Source: Phoronis australis
Lineage: Eukaryota > Animalia > Phoronida
NCBI GenBank assembly: GCA_002633005.1
Contig: NMRA01000009.1
Span: 1,867,366 to 1,931,365, forward strand
Direction of reading: 5' to 3'
Length of the DNA: 64,000 nucleotides
In this document: positions 1 to 13,046 of the stretch, in pieces
How the letters are laid out: every line of letters starts with the position of its first letter
Position numbering within the stretch: position 1 is the first letter of the stretch
Made by a program: the position numbers and the translations under genes
Notes under the pieces: model-generated
What the model was told of the DNA's origin: nothing
What the model saw: the letters and a program-made list of their open reading frames with translations, nothing else
Database searches by the model: none

Positions 1-650
1 CCCCCCCCCCCTGGGTGCGCGCATGTAAACCAATTAAAATTAGATGCGAAAAGATAGAGAAAATATTTATCACGATAAATATGCTCATAAACAATTTCAA
101 GTGATACTTTTTTAAAAATACAATGAAAAAGCCTCCAACAAGCTTACAAATCCGACAGTCAAAAAAGTCGGTCCCCGTGCAGTATTCTGTGTGTGTGTGT
201 GTCCGCGTGTATAGTATTTTGCTTCCTGTTCAAAATCACACTAACATAATTAATTATTATTTTGATTCAACTTTGACTCATCTGAAACCTTGACGGCTTT
301 GATAAGAGAAACATTTTCAATAAATCTATTAGTCTATCTGTTCTAAAAAAATTAACACCTAAAAACAGAACATAATTCTTATTCTACTTCAGAATTACGC
401 AAAGGACATAAACTCTTGTCTATTGTTGGATTTTAAAGCTTTCTACTTCCATCACACGTAATAAACAGGCGAAATTGTGCAATTAGAGATCGCGAGAAAT
501 ATCTAATTTAACCGATAAAGAGTTCGAAAACAAAATGATGTGTGTCGTTACATTCATTACCACACCTGTTGCCTTCCCTCTGACTACTAAATTAGTGAAC
601 AACTTCTGCACGGTTCTGGACATCATGTTCAGACCTTTCAGCACTCCAAA

Positions 651-1060
651 TACCGTACAACTGAGCACAATAATTACCGGCTGTTTTCCGTAGATAAACC
701 CACCTGATGAAACGCCCATGGGCGTTTATTCGGAAAATTGTGGTGTTACAACTTCTTGTGTCAAGTGTCCAGATAGTGGGGCGCTTATTCGGAAAATTTC
801 CCTTTAAAAGCCCACTAAGAGTCAACTTGTGGAGCATTTATCATTTATAAAAAGGAACAAAGTGCTGGTGAACTACACATTTAATAAAATAAAATTTAAA
901 ACATATTTTTAAGTAAAAAACGTCAGGAAACCTATGACTTTCCGTTTGCACGTCTGACTTTCCGAATAAACGCCCGGGCGTTTATCTGGTGCTACTAAAA
1001 TGCCTGATTTTTCATTTTCCTAGTACACGCCCATGGGCTTACCTAAGGGAAATCCCGGTA
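651..1060. mobile_element. MITE-like element with repeated palindromic AAACGCCC(AT)GGGCGTTT motifs
   Basis: TACCG...CGGTA ends; internal inverted copies of GGGCGYTTATTCGGAAA; related fragments near 2270 and 39110. Confidence 0.5.
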
Positions 1061-1589
1061 TTGATGGGCACTAAACATTGCAGTAAACGTATCGCATATT
1101 TTTGAAGGATTCAAATTACTAACAAGTGACCCGCGTGCACTACCGAAAGAGCCCGGAAAAACTTTAGCTAGTGCTACAGAAAAAAAATCATCCCCAAAAC
1201 AACAACCACATATATATAATTTCATGTTTTCATAATTGAAATCAAACGGTTTCTCTTCAAATATTTTGGGTGAAAGTGTCTGTCTTTTTTCATTAATACA
1301 TAACCTCCACTGATTTCTGCAACATATTCACCGAACTGCAGCAAATCTTCTTCTTCACGTTCATTCACCAGTATCGTATGAGGCTGCTTGGCACTGAGAA
1401 TCACACAATTTGTCAACCCTCAGCAAACCACTTTTTTAAAATCAGTAGCAACATCGTTTACACTGAGCAATAGGCCAATACTGAGTGTCGTAGAAAGCCT
1501 GAACACAGCATTTCCTAACTCCCGAGGGTCGCCTCAAACTAGCTAGTGTGAAAGTCATCGCTCTGGCACAAGATTCTGAACTAGGGTTC

Positions 1590-3795
1590 CAGTGGCGGAT
1601 CTGCTGGGGGGGGGGNGAAACCCCCCCTTGAGCCAGGACCCAAAAATAAAAAAAACACAAAAACGTGTCCAGCAATACAAAAACGGCACCGCAAGCGTGT
1701 GTAAACCCCAAGTATAGCTGATTTCTTTAGGTAACTAGCTTCTTTACTCTAAGATATGTTTTGATTTGATGAGGGGAAATACTGTGGTGCTGCAACCCTG
1801 ATATTCAGGCGAATTGACGTGCAACGTTTTTACCTCATCTGTCATGCCGTGTAATTCTATTACACTCCACAATTTGTAACTCGAATTTGACTGATGTATA
1901 GTAAAGTTGTCTTGCGCAATATCATACAGTGTACATGTACATGTAATATTTTTGAAAAAAATTCTTCTCCGAAGAAATGCTATTGTGGCGGGCGCCGTGG
2001 TCTGGTCGCGAGTCTGTTTGCAGATACAATCTAACAAGTTATGTCTACACAAGGAATGACAAAGTGGGCACTCACATTGACAAAGTGACCGCATTCGCGA
2101 ACAGTGAACAGTAACAGAAATTGCGGGGAGACTGTTCTTTCACAACAAAGTCTTGCGGGACTCGTGCGATGTTCAATAGGCCTCCTAAGGAGACCTAGTT
2201 CCGACCTCAACAGCTACCGTCTTCAATAAGCCCACTGCAGTCTTCTATACTGGGAATTTCCGCAGAAAGGTCCACCTGATGAAACGCTCATGCCCCTAGG
2301 CATCTATTTGATGCTGGTACTCCGGGTTTTAAGCGTTCAGACATTGGGACGTTTATTTCGAAAATTACAATAGATGCAAATAGGTCCTGGGATACATCGC
2401 CAAGGTTTGAAGTATGTAGTCCACGATGAACGGATCAAATTTAGTTGCGCGCATGTAGGTCTTTTGAATGGACCTGGCAACCTCAAGGGTCTTAATGCCA
2501 GCTCCGAGCTGCGAAACGAGATGCTGGAATTGTAGAGGCTTAAAGGCTCACTGACACAGCAGTTGACGAAGTACAAGACACGGTTGGGAACAAACATCAA
2601 AAATATCTGGGTAGAATTGTTCCAAGACGAGCAAACCATTGGATCCGATATACAGATGCCTCGGCAGTCTAGACAACAGAAGAATAGGACTAACGTATGA
2701 GTAACCACTGGGGATTAAAAAGTGTCTAGAGAGAAGTTTTCAATTCAATTTTTTTTTGCGTAGTACACTTTAGGTCTCGCGACGGGCCAGACCAGCTTGA
2801 TTTGTGTAGATATTGAGTTTCAGTGTACTTCTGGTCCCTTGGCGAACTAGTCTTGTGATTTTTTTTACCAAAGTGTGCTTTGTAAAACCATTTATCTCAG
2901 CCAGTATTGTTTGGTCCCGCGACAGATCGACTATTTTGTAGGGATAATAAGCACAGGTGTACTCTTGGTCTCGTGACCGACCACTAAAGGTCAGCCTTTT
3001 TGTGTACTCTCAGTGTACATCTGGTCCCTCTGCAACTGGTCCAGTATATCTTTTCACCACTGTCCACAGGATGTTTTGGTTTCGTGAACCTGTTTTCAGA
3101 TGATTTGTTTCCTGATACATTTGACGTTTTTCAATTGTTGTCAAGGTGATTCGGCTTAATAAAAGTGATACTTAATTATTTATTGTCGCTTTTAATAATA
3201 GACTATGAGCTGAGAGCACCATCGTTCGCAGGTTTTTTTCGTAACGAGACAGAACACATGTTTATTACCGGACAAACAGTACAGGTCTTCGTTCTTAAAC
3301 AACTTGAGGCTGCTGTTACGCGATATTCAAGTTTTTACGCCCCGTCGGTGCTCCAAGTTATGCTCTTGAATATTTGGAAGTTGTCTAAACCCCTGTATAC
3401 ACACCACATTTTTTCTTATATGACTTTTCGTATGCTAAAAAAGGTGTGTGTAAGCAGATGTTCCAACAAAAATGTTTGCTGGTGGCGTGACTCATACCCA
3501 GATATCACAACAAGATATGGTTTCACCGAAACTTGTGAGCCAAGTTCATGTGACGAAATCGAGAAGGCCGGGTTTTAAATTATCTTAAGAAAAACTCCAG
3601 AGACATGTTAAGTGCCAGAAACTTACCAGGATGCATGGAAATTTCACTATTGGCTTCAAAAAAAAAAAAAAATGTCTAACACGGGAGGCCCCCCCCCGCT
3701 CGGCCGCGGCGCCACGCGCCTACTGAGCTAGGATTCGACTCGATCCTTTGCGGGAATCCTAAACCCCCCTTACTGAAAACGTAGATCCGCCACTG
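1590..3795 (+). mobile_element. Decayed hAT-type DNA transposon with TIRs CAGTGGCGGATCT
   Basis: TIRs at 1590 and 3783-3795; flanks GGTTC/AGTTC. Internal broken transposase-like peptides RGKYCGAAT...DVQ and IQMPRQSRQQKNRTNV resemble ZMYM1/THAP12-type hAT. A solo end lies at ~50283-50295. Confidence 0.6.
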
Positions 3796-4636
3796 AGTTC
3801 ATATTTTGAATAGACACATAGATTGCCCAATTGTATGCTACTGCAGCAATTTATACAACGACAAATTCCTGCATGTTTACTACACAGCCAAATTCAAGTT
3901 TTTTTGAAAAATCTCTTTGCGCCGGGTCTTCAGATGCCCTCAAGCGGTGGCAGCCGAGCCGCCTTGGTGGAGGGCCGCTGTGATTGCACTCAAAAGTAGG
4001 TGGCGACGAAGCTGTAACCATAGGGACGACACCCAGGCTTTTTATAGCTTGGGGACCCCCGAGACACTATCTCGAATTGTCAGTCTACGGCGCCGTGTAC
4101 ATGAATGATCGGACGGGCGGTGTCTTGCACTGATGCTATTTGGACCTGCAAACTAGGCTAAGTGATAGAAATGTAATCACAATCCACATGTCTTGCCATT
4201 GCCTGGGTATCACGTACTCACTGCTGGGCATTTTGGCATTTGGGACTTTTATGAAGAACGGCTGCACCCCGGCATTGTATATATGCTCCTAGGAGTTGAG
4301 AACTTGTAGTTTCAAAAACCACCAATAGATGGCAGACATAAACAATGTAAATTTGCTGAAATTGCTCATAATTTTCTGTTTTTGACGTATTCCGCAATTT
4401 TTGCATCTCACTGTCAATCGAAATTCATCCAAATAGTTTCTCACATTTTTAACAAGTGCAACGTATTGGTTATGATAATCTATTTGCACCAAATCGAACA
4501 CTTCCGGAATCAGGGTGGAAATGCAAATTATGCATTGGCAGCGACGGGACTTGTCGAGTTAACTTGGTTATTACTGCTTGTGTTTAGTGCAGTACTCGAT
4601 AACGTTGACGAACGCCTATAGTTGGCCCATTTTGCC

Positions 4637-5812
4637 ATGCTTCCAGGGATAGGAGTGTTTGGGACGGGAACTATCGTGCGATGTTTGGTACCAATTCTCA
4701 AATCCTGTGGCTTCAAAGTTGAAGCAATATGGGGACGAACTAAGGATCTCGCCGCCGATACTGCACGGGATCTGGATATCCCATTCTTCACGAATAAAGT
4801 GGACGATGTGCTATTGATAAAAGAGGTGGACGTTGTTTTGATTGTTTGTCCGCCTCATCTCCAGTCACCGATCGCGGTGAAAGCCCTTGGTATTGGTAAA
4901 CATGTAATGTGTGGACCCCCTGGAGGGCCGGGGACTTTAGACGTGTTTAAAATGGTCAGCGCTGCACAGTATTACCCATCATTGTTATCAGTAATGTGCC
5001 ATGGACTGCGCTTCCTACCCGCCTTTGTCAAGATGAAAAGTCTCATTGACGATGGCTATATTGGCGATGTTTGTGTTAGTGAGGTTCGTGTTCACTGCGG
5101 CAGTTTACTGAAGGAGAAATATGATTGGACGTGTGATGAGATGATGGGCGGGGGTGTGCTCAATACTTTTGGAAGTGTTATTATTGATATTATTTCATTT
5201 CTCACTGGGCAAAAGGCAGTTTATGTGAATGGGATGTTAAAAACTTTTGTTAAACAAACTGAGAAAATCAAGGGCATTCGGCAAATAACTAGTGATGATT
5301 TCTGTACTTTTCAACTAGAGTTTGAAAATGAAACTTGCGCAACCGTAACATTGAACAATCACTTGCCTGGTCAGTTTGTTCATGAAGTTTTAGTGTGTGG
5401 TACAAAGGGTCACTTGTTGGTCAAAGGGGCTGACCTCTACGGACATAAAACTGATGCCCCTAAAGAGGAGCTTATTCACAAGGAAGCAAGTAATATTCTT
5501 GATGAACAAAAAACTGGTGTGTGCGAAAGTATCCGGCAAGATATACCAATCACATATTTGAAGGGTCTCATCAGACTTATGGATGCTGTTAAGGAAGCCT
5601 TCCGCTCCGAACAGGATCGTCAAGCATTCTCCACGGAACCTTTGAAACCGGCAGCTACATTTGAGGATGCATTGTATGTACAAAGTGTCGTAGATGGTGT
5701 GCGTAGGTCGAGTAAAGAAAAAACGTGGGTCAAGGTTAATGTAATGAGTCAGTTACCAGAGCCTAATCCACATTTATCAGGCGCAAGTGTTAGGAGAAGT
5801 ACATTTACTTAA
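4637..5812 (+). CDS. GFOD1: Glucose-fructose oxidoreductase domain-containing protein (GFOD1/2-like), single coding exon, 391 aa
   Basis: The ORF starts MLPGIGVFGTG (Rossmann fold, as in GFOD1/2) and contains PPHLQSPIAVKALGIGKHV, WTCDEMMGGGVL, RQITSDDFCTFQ and AATFEDALYV. ATG at 4637 is in a gccATG context (the ORF track uses an upstream TTG). Stop TAA at 5810-5812. Confidence 0.93.
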   Translation: MLPGIGVFGTGTIVRCLVPILKSCGFKVEAIWGRTKDLAADTARDLDIPFFTNKVDDVLLIKEVDVVLIVCPPHLQSPIAVKALGIGKHVMCGPPGGPGTLDVFKMVSAAQYYPSLLSVMCHGLRFLPAFVKMKSLIDDGYIGDVCVSEVRVHCGSLLKEKYDWTCDEMMGGGVLNTFGSVIIDIISFLTGQKAVYVNGMLKTFVKQTEKIKGIRQITSDDFCTFQLEFENETCATVTLNNHLPGQFVHEVLVCGTKGHLLVKGADLYGHKTDAPKEELIHKEASNILDEQKTGVCESIRQDIPITYLKGLIRLMDAVKEAFRSEQDRQAFSTEPLKPAATFEDALYVQSVVDGVRRSSKEKTWVKVNVMSQLPEPNPHLSGASVRRSTFT

Positions 5813-5815
5813 TAA

Positions 5816-5988
5816 ACTGACAGTTCGCTGACAGTACACTGACAATTCACTGACAGTACATTGACAGCACACTGACAGTTCACTGACAGTACACTGAAAA
5901 TTCACTGACAATACCTTGACAGTACACTGACAGTTCACTGACAGTACACTGACAGTTCACTGACAGTACATTGACAGTACACTGACAG
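5816..5988. repeat. 11-bp minisatellite (ACTGACAGTWC)n
   Basis: About 15 copies beginning a few bases after the GFOD stop codon. Confidence 0.9.
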
Positions 5989-6920
5989 CTGCACTAATTC
6001 CTAGTTTTGTTCTCTATTTAGATCATAAAAAAATTCTGTCAATGCATTTGTTGAAGCCCACTTGCTAGGTTTAATGTAAAGAGCTTTTGTCAACCAAGTA
6101 GAAATTTAGGCAAGTTTGATGTTTGTTTTTGTTCTCGTTTCAGTCTGTGTAATTGGAGAAAGGCAATTAATGTCAAATTAAATGAAATGGTAATGATTGT
6201 AAGAGAAATAGTAAATGTATCAGCAGATATTTAATGTTATTTCTGCTGTGGATGTTATTACAGAGATCATATAGAACTGGGATATATTTAGGAGAGTGCC
6301 ACACGTCATTGACACAAAACAATTTCATTGAGGCACTGTTTGCTCACCTCCTGTCAACTGATACATTAAAATTCTGGTGGGAATCACATCTCCTGTTGTC
6401 TCGCCACAGGAATAATTAGGTACCAATTGCAAAACATCCAATGAAAACTAATGACCAAAACTACAAATTTATTGTAAGTGATTAGAGAGATTAAACTCAT
6501 TACATAGATATGCAGACAATGTCTGTGGATCTGAAATACTGTGAAAATAAAAAACTGTGGGACCCGTGACTGTAGCTTACTAGCCCCAAACAGAAATAGC
6601 AGACGAAAGAGGCTACCCTAGAAAAATCTCGAATATAAAAAGGATAGCAAATACTGACTAAGTATCATCAAAACTGTCTGACTTATAAGTAAATACATGT
6701 AAACGTTTACTGCAAGTTTTGTTAAAAATTAAGGAATTGTTTTACGAAATACATTAGCGTCCGATATCGTTTTGTCCAGTAGTGTAACTGGGAAAGACCG
6801 CTCATAATTACCTCGGTTGAAATTTATGAGTCGTGGAGATTGCCATAAAGATTCTCTTGGACACCAATGCTTCCTAAATATGCGGGAAAATATATTATAG
6901 AGGCCTCTTTTTATCTAGCA

Positions 6921-6988
6921 TTCGCGGGCATTGTTGGCCTGGCGGAAGACTGCGTTCGCGGGCATTGTTGGCCTGGCGGAAGACTGCG
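6921..6988. repeat. 34-bp tandem duplication
   Basis: TTCGCGGGCATTGTTGGCCTGGCGGAAGACTGCG x2. Confidence 0.9.
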
Positions 6989-9900
6989 ACAGGCGCGTGT
7001 TCGATTTCTGACTGCATAAAAATGAGGTTACACAACAAATGCGTATTGCCGAATCTAGCCACGAACGACTAGTAAACGACATTTAACCGTGCAGCGGGGG
7101 TTAATCAATAAAGGACACGCCCGGGGCCAGGGTATCATGAAAGCTCTCGTGTATATGTTCTCTTCTTAAAGTTAATTATAAATTAATCAATAGTTTTGTT
7201 GGATTTGTTTGTAAGCTAACATTCCCATGTGACTGTGTACCCCGTGAAGGTTAGTATATGTTTATTCAAAATGTCCTCGATCCGCCCATACAAACGTACA
7301 TTTTAAATGGCTTACTGTGCTCTTTTTCTTATAATGTAACTTCGCCAGCAGTATACGTGCTGTGCAAGGAAGGCACAGAAACCAACATGTCAGTGGTTAG
7401 TTTTTCATCAGAAAAGAAATGAAGTTAACACGTAGCTCTATACACTATATGTACTTGAGAAAGTTTTGTGTGAAAAAAATCAAGCAAAAGCAAAGTCTAA
7501 ATCTGGGAATGCATGAATAGTAGACACAAAATGATGAATCACAGGTTTTCAAAATTGACCCTTAGATTTTAGGCACTGTGGGTCAAGTGACTTATAGACC
7601 CATTTCTGTAACATGATTTGCGTATAACTATGGTATAATAAAAGTAGTCGTGGTATAAAAAAATTATCAAAGTCCTACGCAGTGCTAATTAGGTCAAGCC
7701 GAAATCACAAACTTAGTATAAATTAAGTAAGTGGAGGTGCATTTCCATTGGTGCAATCATTGATCTCTTCAGTCCATCATAGTTTTACCAGGTGTAATTG
7801 GGAACGCTAGCTTGCCTTCGGCTTATTAGAAAAATGAAGAAAAAAAACCCAAAAGAGATGATGCCTCTCCAAAGCAATGAATGCGGGTATTCGCAGACGA
7901 CACAGTCGGACTGTATTGTGTTTTTAAGTTGGGGAAAGACATAACAGATGAAGTCATTTTGTGTGAATTTTGAAAAATGGACCTACCAGTCTACTCTTGA
8001 CATCATTACATGATATCGTATAATATACTTTCGAAGCTCGGTTCGCCCTGCAAATTAAGGGACCTTCGAGTTCGTTGTAACCAGGGTTGGACCTTCTTGG
8101 TCATTTGCTTCTTCAATGACTCGGTCCTAAATTCGTTTGCCACAAACCTTCACGAACGCTCTTTAGTCGTTCACGCTACGTTTTGGTGTCATGACATTGG
8201 CTTTGTCGCGGCGTTTCCGAAGCAACTGTCTGTTGCCTTATAGCACATGACCAACACAGTATTAAGCCGTTGCTCGCTTGACCGGTTTTATTTTTGCATG
8301 CATGCATTTCTTCAAGTTTTAATTAAAAAAAATTCCCGAAATCTTCTGAGACAAGTGGGGAAAATCTTGAGAGCAGAGTTCTTTGCACTGAGATTCCTGC
8401 TGAAGCACACCGAACAGGTTATCTCGCTACGGTCTTACAAATTTGTAGGTACATAAGGTACACAGCCAGTTTTGGTTGTCGCTTAATGCCCTTACGAAAA
8501 TTGGCGTACTTATGAACGTTTTCTAATCGAATTAATGTCCACGCGTCAGTTTTCGTCTGCGCGAAAAAGAACCTATCCATTCGGTGTATGTACCAGACGA
8601 GTAACACTGTGCGTTAAAATGGTTGTGCCTAAACAAAATTAGTAGAAATTGCATTAAATTATACTCTTATATCAGTTTCGTTTGTGTTTTGCCGTACGGT
8701 ACTTATGAATGATTTCTTGTAAACTGATTCTGTTCAGTTTGTTCATGTTTTCCTGATGTAGGCTACTGATTCACTTAGACACCTTTACAAAAATCCTAAA
8801 GCCAGTAGCCTACTTTATACCCGTCACACTAGTAAAATCAGAACTTGAAAGTTAAGTGACTTATATCGCTATTGACTTTCTAAACAGGGCACGGTGTAAC
8901 AACGGAGATTAGAGTGTGCATGTACATTCTATTGCAAGCTATGGACAAGTTTTGGACCAATTATTGAGTGCTTACCATATTGGTCGACTGTATAATTAGG
9001 TTGCTTGTGTAACCTGATTCGTCAAATTATCATCAGTATAGATTTAGGCTTAATGCAGTAGTGCAAAACTTAAGCGGAATATGAATCAGTCAATCAATAT
9101 CACATAACCCCAAATTACCACGGGCTTACATAACATAAGTCTATGGATAAATTATTGGTTGAGACTTAAAAACAAAACAGTAGATAAGTCAAATTCGTGC
9201 TGTAACCTTGAGTTTGAGAACAGGCTGGACACTTACAATGAAACAATTGATGTCAGTTTCTTTTGGCTATGGTGTAGTGTTGTTCCCAGGGTGTTGGTGA
9301 TGAATAATCATTTTAACTGATATCAGACAATGATATACAGATATGGCGACTGAGTCAAGTATTATGTTATGTTTTTTAAAACTTAAAAGTTAGCCGGGTA
9401 ACGACGAAGTGAACCGTTTGTGTGAGGACTAAACTAACTGCTTCAGGAGAAAAAATACACTGAACACGATTTAAATTTTCAAAGCATCCCCGGCCCTGAT
9501 GATTCGAGATGCGATGTTACCTATATGTAGCTCGTAAGGAAAAGATCTGCGAGTGATGCCACGATGGTGAAATAGAAATGGCCGGGACGAATGTCATATT
9601 TTCCTAGTGTACCTTATTTGTTGATCTTTCTTTGGCTGTTATTCCCCTTCAAAATGCTACGCGTTTTTAGAAAGATCTTGAAATCAATAATAGACAAATG
9701 TAGGTTATGCTGATTTACAATATTTAATAATGAAAGCCGGAGACTCTTGTTCAACATTTGATGACTGTACCTCCTAAATTACTGGTTCCTAGATTGTAAT
9801 TAACACTTGAAATTCTAAGTTGAAAGTAGTAGAAATTACTATTTGCTGTAATATGTTACATAACAAGGCGTAGATGTTGTGATGTTTCGCGGGGCACCAG

Positions 9901-10389
9901 AGGCCTACTGATGTATAAATAAACTAAGTATTGATCTCTTCACCAGTGAAAGGAATAAGGGTTTCGGTTTGGGAATTTGGTTTAGAATTAAGTGGATGGT
10001 GTAAACAAGATTATCCTCTAGGTAAAAATTGATTGTCAAAAGTACAAGGTGGGCTAGCTTCCCAGATCAAAGGTCCAAAACGTACAATAGCAGATGGGAA
10101 TTTTCAAGAAAAAGAATTTCAGTTAGGGTGACTGAAAATAAAAATTCACTTGTCACCATAAAGTGTCTCTGACATATTGGCACTTATTTCACTGTTATAG
10201 CTGGAACCGTGGTGGCACAGTGTGCACACAACGTAGGCCCACACACGAGATACAAGTGGCACAGTGTGCACACAACTCAGGCCCACACACCAGATACGAG
10301 TGGCACTGGAACAACAATCACGTTTATGCCTTCTTTCCATTTTGTTTGCAGCTGGTACCCTGTTGTTATATAGCAGGGTACGCTAACAA

Positions 10390-10760
10390 GAATCCCTCTT
10401 TGTGGTAGACCTCAATGTCAATATGCTAAATATGCCAAATGCGATTTCTTGATTCATTAATACATTTGACTGAGTGTCTCCAACCTGCTTTAAAGATGCT
10501 CCGACTGTATTAGACGTCATTATCACAGATTCTTGCGCAAAAGAGTCCAAGATTCGCTAAATGTAAGTACTGGGATCAGTGACTTTCATAATCTAGTTTG
10601 TATTGCTGCCAAAAGAACTCTTGTCTCATTTCAAACCAACTGAAGGAGAATGATCCTACAAAAGTATGAAGCATTTTGATGCGAGCCTATTTAGACAATG
10701 CGTGAGACGCTCCCAGGCGTCTTAGACGACTGTATGTGATTCCATAGTACTTGAGTAATG
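10390..10760 (+). mobile_element. LINE AP-endonuclease relic
   Basis: Broken peptides DLNVNML, PTCFKDAPTVLDVIITD and TGISDFHNLV. Confidence 0.7.
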
Positions 10761-11398
10761 CAGGTCATTAACGATGCCACTGTAAAACGCAACATAGAAA
10801 GGAACAATCAATGCGAAAACAATTTTGAAAGGATAGTTTTTGACCTGCAAGTTTACCACCCATTGAAAGGCTTTCAAAGAGAATCTTTATTTCTCTTAAA
10901 AAGGCTCCATATTTTTCCTGGCAAAAACTGCTCAAAACGTGATTCAGGTATTTTCAAAAATCATAAAAAAGCCTCACTTCGTGAAATCATTATTAACAAA
11001 TATGGTGAAGTAAGTTGCCACTCAGTTTTCATTACAAAATACAAGACTCACCAAAGCGTCCCAAACACAAAGAAAGAACCAAACCATTTATCATCCCATA
11101 GTTTCAGTCCTTCTTTAAAGAAATTCTAGAGAAGCAACTGAAAATGACTACTTCTAATTTCTTGGATGGAAATACTTTGAAATTTTATTGAAACTTCTAT
11201 TTACTCCCCTTGTGAATTGTCCACTCATTTCAATCTAAATCGATCTCTCTTATGCATACATTTCACTGTCCATGCAGTTTCTGTGTGATATCTTTCCCAT
11301 TGTGTGCTGTATCATGTATGTTGGCCACCTAGTAAACAAAGTGTTTTATTTCTCAAAATTGAAAGAATAGAAGTGCCAGTTTGTTCACGTTTTATACA

Positions 11399-11404
11399 TT
11401 TATT
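11399..11404 (-). promoter_or_regulatory. Candidate polyadenylation signal for OCRL (implies ~1.5-kb 3' UTR)
   Basis: AATAAA on the minus strand (a second copy at 11345-11350); the assignment is inference only. Confidence 0.35.
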
Positions 11405-12388
11405 AAAAGTTACAATAATGATACAATAATGATACAAATACAACAGTTAATTCCTCCTTTATCGTAGGCACCAATGTCTGGTCAAAAGGATACTAAACTC
11501 TGTTTTGGTGATTTCCATCAATGTCTTGTTCCGTCATCTGCCAATGCCTCACTGGCACCAACCATCCAAGTTAAAGGTAAGAATCAATGAAAAAACTGAA
11601 ACAGCTTATGACACAGATTGGATATTATGGTCCTTGGTGAGTGGTCTGTCCCAGTTGCCCTGTAATTCACTTAAAGCACAGGTCATGCACGTCCATTTAA
11701 CAGACTTTGAAAGGAGCTTTCAAAATTTTCTCCAAACTTTAGAGAATTGTCTAGTGTTACAGAGCATTGTTTTGTTTCAAAGAACTTGGAAAATCGTTTT
11801 TAGTGTCTGTTGACATGCCAAAACTAGAGTTGGTATCCTTTTAACTAACAGAATAGCCATTGCTTGAATCCAAATTTCCAGCAGGGAATGAAAACGGACT
11901 CAAGCATACTTATCTCGAATGTTTCCACTTAAACTGGCTATAAAGCCACCTTCCATCACAAAACAATAACTTTTGATTTATTCCTCTTACCATTATGAAA
12001 CTTGCCAACAAAGGTTCCTCAGTCATGTTGGAGATAATTCAGAGCTTTGAAAGAATTGTTCAGGCTTTTCATTTTATGCATCGAGCATGGTCTGAGCAAA
12101 TAATGAAACCACTTCTCGCCTGAATCAGGAACAAGCGGTAAGTGGTCTAAATGAAAAGTTTGCCTGTTGGACGAAATGTGTGTTTATTGCCACTATAAGT
12201 TTCATCATCATCCAAGCTATGCGACGTATTTTCACAAGAATACGAAGATTTTGAAAGCACTTCATAGCTAAGTTACATTAAAATAACATCAATTTAGGAC
12301 ACAATATGGCCAACAGACGACATTTTGTTTTCTATTTTATCATATGCAGTGTACCAGAACGATGCTTTGCAAAGTTCTGTACCATAGC

Positions 12389-12641
12389 CAGGGCTTGGAA
12401 TAACCAGTGACAAAAAAGAGGAAAATTTTCCAAGTGATGTATTGTTCTACAAATAAATAGGCTTATACAATAGAAATATTTTTGTGTGGTAAAATGTAAC
12501 TGCAACAAACATTTTTTGCAAGAATAAAGTCAAAATAATGATAAAAAAGAGATGACAAATAAGAACCTGGAAATCAAATCTGAGCAAATCAAAATAAAAA
12601 AAGTGGAAATCATCTTAAGAAGAGGAAAATTCCAAGCCCTG
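12389..12641. mobile_element. 253-bp MITE with 13-bp TIR (CAGGGCTTGGAAT) and 6-bp TSD (CATAGC)
   Basis: Perfect TIRs at 12389-12401 and 12629-12641; CATAGC at 12383-12388 and 12642-12647. Confidence 0.85.
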
Positions 12642-12873
12642 CATAGCTAGCAACAGTACTTTGAAAAATTGTGGTCATTCCCAACAATATTAGACGGCCT
12701 TGAAAAATGAAAAAGTATGACTTTGGCACTAATTTTTGTCTGAAATTGATGAGATTTTACAGTACAAGTCACACAAGTCTGCATTTTAAACCAACTAAAT
12801 TTGATGATGTCTCCATCACCTATCACCAGCTAAATCTGATGACCTCTCCATTACCTATCGCTTCAACATGAAC

Positions 12874-13046
12874 TTAACTCTCAAAATGAAACTCTTCCTC
12901 GGGTAACAAGTCCAGAACACCATTTAGTACAAAGTGCTGCAAAAAGGCAGTCTTTTTCCTGTCAATCATCTGTGTATTCATGCCGGCATTGGCTGAGATC
13001 ATCTTGACAGGTGGAGCTCTCAACATCACTCTGCCAAACATGGAGG
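12874..13046 (-). CDS. OCRL: OCRL/INPP5B last coding exon ([13 protein letters not shown]...FHFES*)
   Basis: CAG acceptor; LRxP motif; stop TAA at 12874-12876. Confidence 0.9.

Noticed and set aside
700-740. CTGATGA followed by a hairpin (hammerhead-like); also near 2275
   Set aside because: GAAA does not follow the stem directly and there are no stems I/III; explained by the MITE's palindromic repeats.
1222-1416. ORF faintly like a pogo/CENP-B HTH (TILVNEREEEDL)
   Set aside because: Too short and degenerate to call without a search.
3420-3620. THAP-like start MLKKVCVSRCSN
   Set aside because: The remaining THAP residues are not recoverable; at most a transposon scrap.
4528-5683. Antisense ORFs overlapping GFOD (and similar ones over the GPCR and TRPV-like gene)
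   Set aside because: Shadow frames of real coding sequence with no recognisable motifs.
11484-11493. GTATCCTTTT U12-donor-like motif in the presumed OCRL 3' UTR (an opposite-strand copy at 11833)
   Set aside because: No downstream branch site or acceptor seen; copies on both strands suggest chance.
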